From assembly GCA_022826245.1 (NCBI GenBank), contig JAJDVG010000032.1:4228-68227 (forward strand): 64,000 nt of DNA. Direction: 5' to 3'. A program made the position numbers and the translations under genes. The stretch comes from Gammaproteobacteria bacterium. Its GTDB lineage: Bacteria; Pseudomonadota; Gammaproteobacteria; Steroidobacterales; Rariloculaceae. Of the stretch, positions 46,033 to 55,459 are shown one piece after another; position 1 is the first letter of the stretch, and each line of letters opens with the position of its first letter. Below the pieces are notes generated by a model. It was not told the DNA's origin, made no database searches, and saw nothing but the letters and a program-made list of their open reading frames with translations.

Positions 46033-47124
46033 ATGCAACTTGCACTCGGACTGGTTCTCCTTGTCGCCGTCAGTGCATCGCCGGCCGTGCTGGCCCAGAG
46101 GCCTGCGTCGGCGTTCGACCGCGGCGCGAGCCTGCAGGCCTGGCAGCACCCGGGGCTATCGGCCGTGCTGGCCGGATGCGCAAGCCCGCCGGCGCCGTTC
46201 TCGATCGGTGGTGGACGATCGGCGTCGGAGGACACGGCGGCCGCGCCGCCCGAGCCCGAAATGCCGCCGCCCTCGCCAGGAATACCGGGCGTCATCGCCG
46301 CGGGCCAGGACTGGAAGGTCGTGTGGTCCTGGGAAGGCAACAACGCCGACGGCATCATCCCCGGCGACGACGGCACGCTGCTGTTCGCGAACAACGATGC
46401 GAGCAACGTCATGCAACTCGATCCGGCGACGGGACTCGCGAGCATCGTCCACAGCGACACGAACACCGGCGGGGCGTTGTCGAGAAGCAATAGCGGTGCG
46501 CTGTTTCTCGCCGTGCGCGGACTCGGCGTCGGCATCGAGCAACTCGAGCCGCGCCGCGAAATGTTCGCGAGCACGATCGACGGCGAACCGCTCGAATGCG
46601 TCGGCGGCGTCATGAACGATCTCGCCGCCGATGCGCGCGGCGGAGTCTATTTCACGGTTTCGGGAAGCGGGCTCTACCATGCCGACCCGGAAGGCGTCGT
46701 CACCGAATACGGGGAAGGCATCGCGCGCGCGAACGGCGTCGTGCTGAGTCCCGACGAGGAGACGCTCTACGTCACGAACGGTCCCGTCGTGCTCGCCTTC
46801 GACGTCATGGGCGACGGAGCGCTTGCGAACCAGCGCGAGTTCGGCGCGCTCAGGGGCGGCCAGGGCGGCGACGGTTCGACCGTCGACTCCGAGGGCCGGC
46901 TCTACGTTTCAACCGGCAGCTCGGTCGACGTGTTCTCGCCCGACGGCGGGTTTCTGGGTTCGATCGCCGGACCGGACGGGCTGCACGGCGTCACGTTCGG
47001 CGGGCCCGACAAGATGAATCTCTACGGCATCGTGTTCTATGGCGTCTGGGGCACGCCGAGCGCACGCAACCGGGTCATCGAGATACCGATGCTCGCGCAG
47101 GGTTACCTCGAGCGGGCCAAGTAG
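46033..47124 (+). CDS. SMP-30/gluconolactonase/LRE-like beta-propeller protein, secreted
   Basis: ORF 45865..47124 trimmed to ATG 46033 (MQLALGLVLLVAVSASPAVLAQ). ANGVVLSPDEETLYVTN, DSEGRLYVST. Confidence 0.75.
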   Translation: MQLALGLVLLVAVSASPAVLAQRPASAFDRGASLQAWQHPGLSAVLAGCASPPAPFSIGGGRSASEDTAAAPPEPEMPPPSPGIPGVIAAGQDWKVVWSWEGNNADGIIPGDDGTLLFANNDASNVMQLDPATGLASIVHSDTNTGGALSRSNSGALFLAVRGLGVGIEQLEPRREMFASTIDGEPLECVGGVMNDLAADARGGVYFTVSGSGLYHADPEGVVTEYGEGIARANGVVLSPDEETLYVTNGPVVLAFDVMGDGALANQREFGALRGGQGGDGSTVDSEGRLYVSTGSSVDVFSPDGGFLGSIAGPDGLHGVTFGGPDKMNLYGIVFYGVWGTPSARNRVIEIPMLAQGYLERAK

Positions 47125-47177
47125 CTCGCCTGCGACCCTGCCGTGGCGGCCGGTGCGCGACTCCGGCGAATGGGGGG

Positions 47178-48575
47178 TTACGCCGGGAAGGTGATCACGA
47201 CGCCGAGTTCCGTCCGATCCGCCACGCCCTGAAAGGCCGGCCGCACGTCCTCGAGCGAGGGCGTTGCGGTGATGATGGCGCCGATGTCGACCGAGCCGTT
47301 CTCCATCGCGGTAACGAAGCGCGCCGTGTCGCGCATCACGTTCATTCCGGCCATCTGGCCGCCGTAGATCCGTTTGCCGGACAGGCAGAAAGCCGAGCCC
47401 GGAAAGGCGATGTCGCCTTGCTGGACCGCGAGCGTCACGAGGCTGCCGCCCGGGGCCGTCACCTCCCAGGCCTGGCGAAGCGCGAGCAAACCCGTGGTGT
47501 CGGGGCCGGTCTCGACGGCCGGCGGATAGCGGTCGTAGCCCGAGGCTTCGACGACGAGATCCGCGCCGCGCATCGAGATGAGCCCGCGGCCCGCGATCTG
47601 GCCGCCCGCGTCGAGGCGGTCGGTCGGCGGCGCGCAGAGCTCGCGGATGCGGTCCACGAGCGTGTCGGTGTCCTCGTTCGGGTCGAGAACCGTCGTTGCG
47701 CCGAACTCGACAGCCAGTTCGCGCCGGTAACGCGCGGGTTCGACGACGATGATCCGGCCGGCCGCCTGGGCGCGGGCGCCCTGCACGGCAGCGAGCCCGA
47801 TGGGACCCGCGCCGAAGATCACGACGTTCTGGCCGATCTGCACGGGGTCGTAGACGCTCGTCGCGGCGACCCCGACGGCGCCGGTGTCGCCGAGCATGGC
47901 GATCTGCTCGTCCGGCAGGTCGGAGAAGATCGGCACGCAATACTCCTCGTAAGCGACGACGATCTCGCTCAGACCGCCGATGACCGACGCCTCGATCACG
48001 CCGGTTCCGTCGGCCATGTCGGCGATCGGATCGTTCGGCACTCCCCCGGGAGCGAGGTAGTTGCACCATTCCGGCGTCCCGGTCAGGCATTGGTGGCACT
48101 GGCCGCACCAGGGCGTGCCGGAAACGAGCACGCGGTCGCCGACCCGGACCCGGCGCACCTGCTCGCCCACGGCCTCGACGATGCCCATGCCGGAGTGGTT
48201 CGGGATCGTCGGTGTCTGTTGGGGAAAGTCGCCGAGCACGCTCGTCGTCACCGTGTAGCAGCCGCAGGAGCCGCGCGATCGGACGAGTACCTGCGTCGGC
48301 TTGATGTCGCGCAGCGTCAGGTCCTCGACGGATCCCTCCGTGCCGTAGCGCACGTAGGCGCGAAACGGCATTCCGGCCACGGACCCGGCGGCGACAGCCG
48401 GTGCGTCGGCGCCGGTTTCCTGGGCTTGAGCACCGGATGCGAGCGCCGCCGCTCCGGTCGCGCCGAGCACGAGCATTTCGCGGCGCGACAGGGCGTTGCC
48501 CGGGTCGTCGGCGTCTGTGCTTGCCGTGATGTCGTCGTTTGCACGCGTTTCCAACGTCTTGTCGCGCGTATTCAT
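47178..48575 (-). CDS. zinc-dependent alcohol dehydrogenase family protein with Tat-type signal
   Basis: ORF trimmed to ATG 48575 (RBS AGGAGG upstream). Twin-arginine SRREMLVLGATGAAALASGAQA. Structural Zn cluster CGQCHQC. Rossmann IFGAGPIGLAAV. Confidence 0.8.
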   Translation of the reverse strand: MNTRDKTLETRANDDITASTDADDPGNALSRREMLVLGATGAAALASGAQAQETGADAPAVAAGSVAGMPFRAYVRYGTEGSVEDLTLRDIKPTQVLVRSRGSCGCYTVTTSVLGDFPQQTPTIPNHSGMGIVEAVGEQVRRVRVGDRVLVSGTPWCGQCHQCLTGTPEWCNYLAPGGVPNDPIADMADGTGVIEASVIGGLSEIVVAYEEYCVPIFSDLPDEQIAMLGDTGAVGVAATSVYDPVQIGQNVVIFGAGPIGLAAVQGARAQAAGRIIVVEPARYRRELAVEFGATTVLDPNEDTDTLVDRIRELCAPPTDRLDAGGQIAGRGLISMRGADLVVEASGYDRYPPAVETGPDTTGLLALRQAWEVTAPGGSLVTLAVQQGDIAFPGSAFCLSGKRIYGGQMAGMNVMRDTARFVTAMENGSVDIGAIITATPSLEDVRPAFQGVADRTELGVVITFPA

Positions 48576-48803
48576 TCCACACCTCCTGAAGCGCCGCGCG
48601 CGCTCGATGGCGCGCCGATGGGCGAGGGGCTTTCGATTGTAGCCCGTTCCCTGCCGGGCATCAGGCGGCGCGACAGGCCCGAACGCAAGCAAGGACGCCG
48701 CTGCCTGGCGCATACCTTGCATGTTAAGCTACGCCACCGCACGAACCGTGCACCTTAATTTCATCGATCATCACACACACCATAAGACAGTGAGGACACA
48801 CTA

Positions 48804-49757
48804 GTGGCTGACAATCAGATAATTGCGGTCGTAGGATCGACGGGCACCCAGGGAGGCGGTCTGTGCCGCGCGATTCTCGGGGACCCGTCCGGTGGTTTCA
48901 GTTGCCGCGCGATCACGCGCGACCCGAGCAAGGATTCGGCGCAGGCTCTCGCGGCTCAGGGCGCCGAAGTCGTGGCCGCCGACCTCGACGATGTCGAGAG
49001 TCTCAAGAGCGCGTTCGCGGGCGCCCACGGCGTCTATGCGGTCACCAATTTCTGGGAGCACTTCTCCGCCGAGAAGGAAAAGCAACAGGCCGCGAACATC
49101 GCCGACGCCGCAAGGGACGCGGGCGTGCAGCATGTCGTCTGGTCGACGCTCGAGGACACGCGCTCGCTCATGGACGCCGACGATACGCGCATGCCGATGC
49201 TCCAGGAGAACTATCGCGTGCCGCATTTCGACGCCAAGGCCGAAGCCAACGCATCCTTCGACGGCCTGCCCGTCACCTTCCTCGTCACGTCGTTCTACTG
49301 GGACAACCTGTACATGTTCGGCCTCTGCCCGAAAAAAGGCGAGGACGGCAGCTACTCGTGGACCTTCCCACTCGGTAACGCAAAGGTCGCCGGAATCTCG
49401 GCCGGTGACATCGGCAAGGTCGCCTACGGCATCTTCAAGGGCGGCGAGCAGTACGTCGGCGCCACGGTCGGGATCGCAGGCGGCATGCTGTCGATCGAGG
49501 AGATGGGCGCCACCATAGAGCAGGTGACCGGCGTTTCGAGCGTCTACAACGCCGTCGATGCCGACGTCTATCGCAGCTTCGGTTTCCCGGGCGCGGACGA
49601 GCTCGGCAACATGTTCCAGGTCTACCGCGATTTCGAGGGCGCCGTCTGCGGCGCACGCAGCGTCGATACGGCCAGGGCGCTCAATCCCGAACTCGAATCG
49701 TTCGAGCAGTTCGTCGAACGCCAGAAGGACACCATTCTGGGGGCGATGAACTCGTAA
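48804..49757 (+). CDS. NmrA-family NAD(P)-binding protein
   Basis: 317-aa ORF, GTG start. IAVVGSTGTQGGGL Rossmann motif. NmrA-like length and pattern. Confidence 0.8.
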   Translation: MADNQIIAVVGSTGTQGGGLCRAILGDPSGGFSCRAITRDPSKDSAQALAAQGAEVVAADLDDVESLKSAFAGAHGVYAVTNFWEHFSAEKEKQQAANIADAARDAGVQHVVWSTLEDTRSLMDADDTRMPMLQENYRVPHFDAKAEANASFDGLPVTFLVTSFYWDNLYMFGLCPKKGEDGSYSWTFPLGNAKVAGISAGDIGKVAYGIFKGGEQYVGATVGIAGGMLSIEEMGATIEQVTGVSSVYNAVDADVYRSFGFPGADELGNMFQVYRDFEGAVCGARSVDTARALNPELESFEQFVERQKDTILGAMNS

Positions 49758-49779
49758 GCGGTTGCGGACGTCCTGTCAC

Positions 49780-49807
49780 GCCGGGCGCGGCACGCTGCGC
49801 GCCCGGC
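49780..49807 (+). terminator. GC-rich stem-loop 3' of the NmrA-family gene (no T-run)
   Basis: 10-bp perfect stem GCCGGGCGCG/CGCGCCCGGC with an 8-nt loop, 23 nt after the stop at 49757. It is not followed by a U-tract, so the terminator call is tentative. Confidence 0.4.
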
Positions 49808-50196
49808 GTCGCGTCTGCCGTGCGGCGCGCGGTCGACGTACCTGCACTGCGGCACGGTATTCACGCTACGCGCCCGCACACCCGGTGTTGAAACTCCCGT
49901 TTGCGACTCGTGATCCTGTCGCGGTCGATGCGCAGCAGATGCGCAATACATCGAGTTTTGCCGGCTTATCCCTTGAAAAACGGTCGCATTCACCTATATT
50001 TTTCTGGCCCGTCCGCATGACACATGCCGGAGAGACATAATCGTATCCATATCAATGGCTTGGAAGGCCGTTGTGGCAGAGTGGCGGGTAACGCCGTTCA
50101 GGCGGGATGCAACGCCGGTCGATCGGCCGTCTTCGTTGAGGCGGTCTTCCGGCGAATGCAGCGGGGCATTTGCCACGGATTGCAACGGAGGTAGGC

Positions 50197-51183
<987 letters not shown>

Positions 51184-51193
51184 GCCGAGCGCC

Positions 51194-52183
51194 ATGCTGC
51201 CCTCGGAAATTGTCAAACAGGTCAGGCGCATCCAGCTACACACCGGCCGCGAGGTGGCGGACGTGCTTGCCGGCGCCTACGTGTCGGTATTCAAGGGTCG
51301 CGGTGTCGAGTTCGACGAGGTCCGTCCCTACGTTCCGGGCGACGATGTGCGCACGATCGACTGGAACGTCACGGCGCGGGTCGGCGCGCCCTACGTCAAG
51401 CGCTATATCGAGGAGCGCCAGCTTACCGTCCTGTTGCTGGTCGACATGAGCCCTTCGCAGGATTTCGGTTCCGCGCATCGTTCCAAGCGCGAGGCCGCGG
51501 CGGAGCTCTCGGCGCTGCTCGCCTTTTCGGCGATCTACAACGACGACAAGATCGGCCTGCTGCTGTTCCACGACCAGGTCGACGAGTACATCCCGCCACG
51601 CAAGGGCCAGAAGCATGCGCTGCGCGTCGTGCGCGAAGTCCTCGCGCGCGGACGCGACGAGACGCAGCCTGCGCTGCGCCTGCGGCGCCGCAGGACGCTG
51701 GCTTCGCTGCCGCGCCACGCCGTTCGTCACTTCGTCAGACTCGTCCGGCGCACCGGCCGGCGCGACCGGCGGTCGACGGACATCGGTCACGCGCTCGAGT
51801 TCTGCCGGCGCGTGCTGCCGCGCCGCGCCGTGCTGTTCCTGATCTCGGACTTTCTCGACGAGGGCTATCTCGACGTGCTGCGCAGCGCCAATCGCAAACA
51901 CGACGTGGTCGCCGTGCGGATTACCGACGAGCGCGAGCAGCGCTTCGAACGCACGGGGCTCGTCACGCTCGAGGACGCCGAGACCGGCGAGCAACGACTG
52001 GTCGATACGGAGTCCGAGGCGTTTCGCGCCGCCGTTGAGGAACATGCGCGCGGGCGCGCGGACAGGCTGAATCGGGAGCTGCGCTCGGCCGGAATCGACA
52101 TGATCGCGATCGACGCCACGGCTTCGGTCGTCGAGCCATTGCTGGCCTTTTTCCGGATGCGCGAGAAGAGGGTCCGGCGGTGA
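51194..52183 (+). CDS. DUF58 domain protein (MoxR partner)
   Basis: 329-aa ORF. PGDDVRTIDWNVTARVGAPYVKRY signature. Follows MoxR. Confidence 0.85.
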   Translation: MLPSEIVKQVRRIQLHTGREVADVLAGAYVSVFKGRGVEFDEVRPYVPGDDVRTIDWNVTARVGAPYVKRYIEERQLTVLLLVDMSPSQDFGSAHRSKREAAAELSALLAFSAIYNDDKIGLLLFHDQVDEYIPPRKGQKHALRVVREVLARGRDETQPALRLRRRRTLASLPRHAVRHFVRLVRRTGRRDRRSTDIGHALEFCRRVLPRRAVLFLISDFLDEGYLDVLRSANRKHDVVAVRITDEREQRFERTGLVTLEDAETGEQRLVDTESEAFRAAVEEHARGRADRLNRELRSAGIDMIAIDATASVVEPLLAFFRMREKRVRR

Positions 52184-53289
52184 GGCTGCCGATCGTCAAC
52201 GTGGCCGCGGGCCGCCGTGTCCTTGTGCGACTTCATGGAATAGCGCGAGCAGGCGAATTCGCGCCCAGGCTGCCGATCGTCGTGCTGGCTTTGACGCTCG
52301 CCGCCTGCGACTCGCCCCAATCGCCCGGATCGGGGGGCGGTGCGGCGGACGGCGAGGCAGGCGTCACGCCGGCCTTGTCGCGCGTAACGGAGGAGGGTCC
52401 CGTCACCGTTACGGTCGCGCTCACCCCCGCCGAACCCAGGCTCGGCGACCCGCTGTCGCTCACGCTGACCGTCGAATCGGAGCCCGGTGTGACCGTCGAG
52501 ATGCCCGCGTTCGGCGAGGCGCTCGGACGTTTCTCGATCGTCGACTTCACGCCGCGCGAGGAGACCCGCGAAGATGGCGTGTCGGTCGCCTCGCAGCGCT
52601 ACACGCTGCAGCCGCCAATGAGCGGCAGGCAGCGCATCCCGCCGTTGCGGATCGAGTACCTCGACGCGCGGCCGGAGTACGCGGGGGAGGACGAAGAGTT
52701 CCGCGAGCTGCTCAGCGAGGAACTCATCATCGAAGTGGCGTCCGTGCTGCCCGAAGGCGCCGTGCTGGACGAGCTCCTTCCCCCAAGAACCGCGTTGCCG
52801 GAACTCGGCGGCGGTTTCATCGCACGGAACTGGCCATGGTTCGGCGGCGCAGCGGCCCTGCTCGGCGTGCTCGGTTTCGCGGCGGCGCTCTGGCAACGGC
52901 GTGCGGCCGAGCGGCGAAGGGTCACGGCCTGGGATCGGGCTATGCGGCGTCTCGACGCGCTCGCCGGACGCGGATTGCCGCTGCCGGTCGAGGCCGACGC
53001 ATGGTACGTTGAGCTTTCCGACATCGTGCGGCGCTATATCGAGGACCAGTACGGTGTGCGGGCGCCGGAACTCACGACCGAGGAGTTCCTGCAGGAAGCG
53101 CGGCGCTCGGCGGACCTTTCCGGAGCCCGCAGGGAACTCCTGTCGGCGTTCCTCGAACGCTGCGACCGCGTAAAGTTCGCCGCGTACAGCCCCGAGCAGC
53201 GCGAGTCCGAAGAAGCGCTGACGCTTGCGCGCCGTTTCCTCGGCGAACCGCCCGAGGCGCCGGAACCGCAGTTGCAGGAGGCGGTCTGA
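52180..53289 (+). CDS. Bat-operon membrane lipoprotein (BatD-like Ig segment + DUF4381-like C-terminus)
   Basis: 369-aa ORF, GTGA overlap with the DUF58 gene. Lipobox LALTLAAC, one internal TM (WPWFGGAAALLGVLGFAAALW), C-terminal WYVELSDIVRRYIEDQYG...TTEEFL. Confidence 0.7.
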   Translation: MRLPIVNVAAGRRVLVRLHGIARAGEFAPRLPIVVLALTLAACDSPQSPGSGGGAADGEAGVTPALSRVTEEGPVTVTVALTPAEPRLGDPLSLTLTVESEPGVTVEMPAFGEALGRFSIVDFTPREETREDGVSVASQRYTLQPPMSGRQRIPPLRIEYLDARPEYAGEDEEFRELLSEELIIEVASVLPEGAVLDELLPPRTALPELGGGFIARNWPWFGGAAALLGVLGFAAALWQRRAAERRRVTAWDRAMRRLDALAGRGLPLPVEADAWYVELSDIVRRYIEDQYGVRAPELTTEEFLQEARRSADLSGARRELLSAFLERCDRVKFAAYSPEQRESEEALTLARRFLGEPPEAPEPQLQEAV

Positions 53290-53390
53290 GTTGCCGATGA
53301 ATACCGTAACGATAGGCATCGCGCTGAATCGACGTGACCTGCGAGACAGGGCACCAGGCGCACGGCCGGCGGAGGCGACCTGAAGCGCCA

Positions 53391-54425
53391 ATGAACGCGC
53401 TCATGTCCATCGAGTTTCGCGAGCCGTTGCTGCTGGCCCTGGCGCTGCTCGCCGTGCCGGTCTTTCTTCTCGCCCGGCGCGCGCCTGGACGGGTGATCTT
53501 TTCCGCGCTCAGGGTGTTGCCCGAGCATGGCGGCAGTTGGCGCATGCGCCTGGCCTGGCTGCCCGACGCGCTGCTGGCGCTTGCCGTCGTTGCGCTCGCC
53601 GCGGCGCTCGCGGGACCGCGCATCGGCGAGCGTTTCACGCGTATCGATCGGGAAGGCATCGCGATCATGATGGTCGTGGACATTTCCGGTTCCATGCAGG
53701 CGCTCGATCTCTCCACGGACGATCGGGAACGCACGCGCCTGCAAGCCGTCCAGGACGTCTTCGAGGATTTCGTGCTTGGCGGCGGCGGGCTCGACGGCAG
53801 GCCCAACGACGCCATCGGGCTCGTGAGCTTCGCGGGTTTCGCCGACACCGCAAGCCCGCTGACGCTCGATCACGAGAACGTCGTCGCGATCGCGCGCAAC
53901 CTCGAGATCGTGAGCGTCCAGTCGGAGGACGGAACGGCCATTGGCGACGGTCTCGGCCTCGCCGTGGAACGCCTGCGCGAGTCGCAGGCGGAGTCCCGCA
54001 TCGCGGTGCTGCTCACCGACGGCGTGCACAACGCCGGCGTCGAGGCGCCGGCAGCGGCTGCCGAACTCGCACGCACGCAGGGCGTCAGGGTGTACACGAT
54101 CGGGGCAGGGACGACGGGACTTGCGCCGGTGCGCGTCCGCGACCCGCTGACCGGCCGCACCGCTTTGCGCGCCATGCCGGTTGAAGTCGACGAGGCCACG
54201 CTCGAGGACATCGCCGATAGCACGGGCGGGCGGTATTTCCGCGCGACCGACGCCGAAGGTCTCGAACGCGTCTACGAGGAGATCGACCGGCTCGAACGCA
54301 CGCGCATTACCGAGGAACGCTCCCGGCAATACGTGGAGTTCTTCTCGATCCCGCTCGCCGCGGGATTGCTGCTCGCCGCGGCCGGCTGGTTCGCACGCGG
54401 CGCCGTATTCGTGAGGGCGCCATGA
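53391..54425 (+). CDS. vWA-domain protein (BatA-like)
   Basis: ORF trimmed to ATG 53391. N-terminal TMs. MIDAS MMVVDISGSM. C-terminal TM. Confidence 0.85.
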   Translation: MNALMSIEFREPLLLALALLAVPVFLLARRAPGRVIFSALRVLPEHGGSWRMRLAWLPDALLALAVVALAAALAGPRIGERFTRIDREGIAIMMVVDISGSMQALDLSTDDRERTRLQAVQDVFEDFVLGGGGLDGRPNDAIGLVSFAGFADTASPLTLDHENVVAIARNLEIVSVQSEDGTAIGDGLGLAVERLRESQAESRIAVLLTDGVHNAGVEAPAAAAELARTQGVRVYTIGAGTTGLAPVRVRDPLTGRTALRAMPVEVDEATLEDIADSTGGRYFRATDAEGLERVYEEIDRLERTRITEERSRQYVEFFSIPLAAGLLLAAAGWFARGAVFVRAP

Positions 54426-55459
54426 TCGAGCGCCTGATCTTCGCCGATCAGCAGTGGGTCCATCTCGTGTGGCTCGCGATTGGTCTCGTCGCCTTGCTCG
54501 CGTATCTCGAGTTCAGGAGCGGCGAGGGTCTCGGCCGCTTCATGTCGACGACGATGCAGGCGCGGCTGGCCCGCAGGCAGACGCTCGCCCGGCGCGCGCT
54601 CAAGCTCGGCTTCATCCTTGCAACGCTCCTGCTCGGCGTGCTCGGCCTCATGCGGCCGCAGACACCGGCCGGCGCCGAGACGGTTTCGGCGCGCCGGGCA
54701 GTCGCTGACATCATGATCGTGCTCGACGTCTCCAACAGCATGCTGGCCGAGGATGCGGCGCCGGATCGGCTCGCACGGGCCAAGGCCGAGATCGGCGAGT
54801 TCATCTCGCGGGTCGAGGGCCACCGCGTCGGCCTGGTCGTCTTCGCCGGACGCGGCAGCGTGCGCAGTCCGCTGACGACCGACTACGGGTTCTTCCGCCT
54901 CGCTCTGCGCGACGTCAACACGCGTTCCGTCTCGCTCGGCGGCACGCGGATCGGCGATGCGATCCGCAGCGCCGTTGCGGCCTTCGGTCCGAACCGCGGC
55001 GCACCCAGGCTCATGCTGCTCATTACCGACGGTGAAGACCACGACTCCTATCCGCTCGACGCTGTCGACGAGGCCGTGGCCGCGGGCGTGCGTATTGCCG
55101 CGATCGGCTTCGGCAGCGAAGCCGGCAGCGAGATCACGATGACCGATCCCGCTACGGGCGCGCGCAGCGTGTTGACGGATCAGGACGGCAACGTCGTCAT
55201 TTCCAGGCTCGATGGGGAGTTGCTGCGCGAGATCGCGTTGCGCAGCGAAGGTATCTACGTCCCGGCGGGCACTTCGGCGCTCGATCTGGATTCGATCGTC
55301 GAGACGTACGTTGAGCCGCTCGTGACGGATACCGCGCTCCGGGTGGCGCAACGCAGCCCCAACGAGCACTATCGTTGGTTCGTGCTCGCAGCGCTCGGAT
55401 CGCTCGTCGCGGCCGTCTGGGTCGGTTCGAGCGCCGGTATGCGTGGAGGTGACGCGTGA
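54422..55459 (+). CDS. vWA-domain protein (BatB-like)
   Basis: 345-aa ORF, ATGA overlap with the upstream gene. MIDAS IMIVLDVSNSM. LLITDGEDHD. Confidence 0.85.
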   Translation: MIERLIFADQQWVHLVWLAIGLVALLAYLEFRSGEGLGRFMSTTMQARLARRQTLARRALKLGFILATLLLGVLGLMRPQTPAGAETVSARRAVADIMIVLDVSNSMLAEDAAPDRLARAKAEIGEFISRVEGHRVGLVVFAGRGSVRSPLTTDYGFFRLALRDVNTRSVSLGGTRIGDAIRSAVAAFGPNRGAPRLMLLITDGEDHDSYPLDAVDEAVAAGVRIAAIGFGSEAGSEITMTDPATGARSVLTDQDGNVVISRLDGELLREIALRSEGIYVPAGTSALDLDSIVETYVEPLVTDTALRVAQRSPNEHYRWFVLAALGSLVAAVWVGSSAGMRGGDA

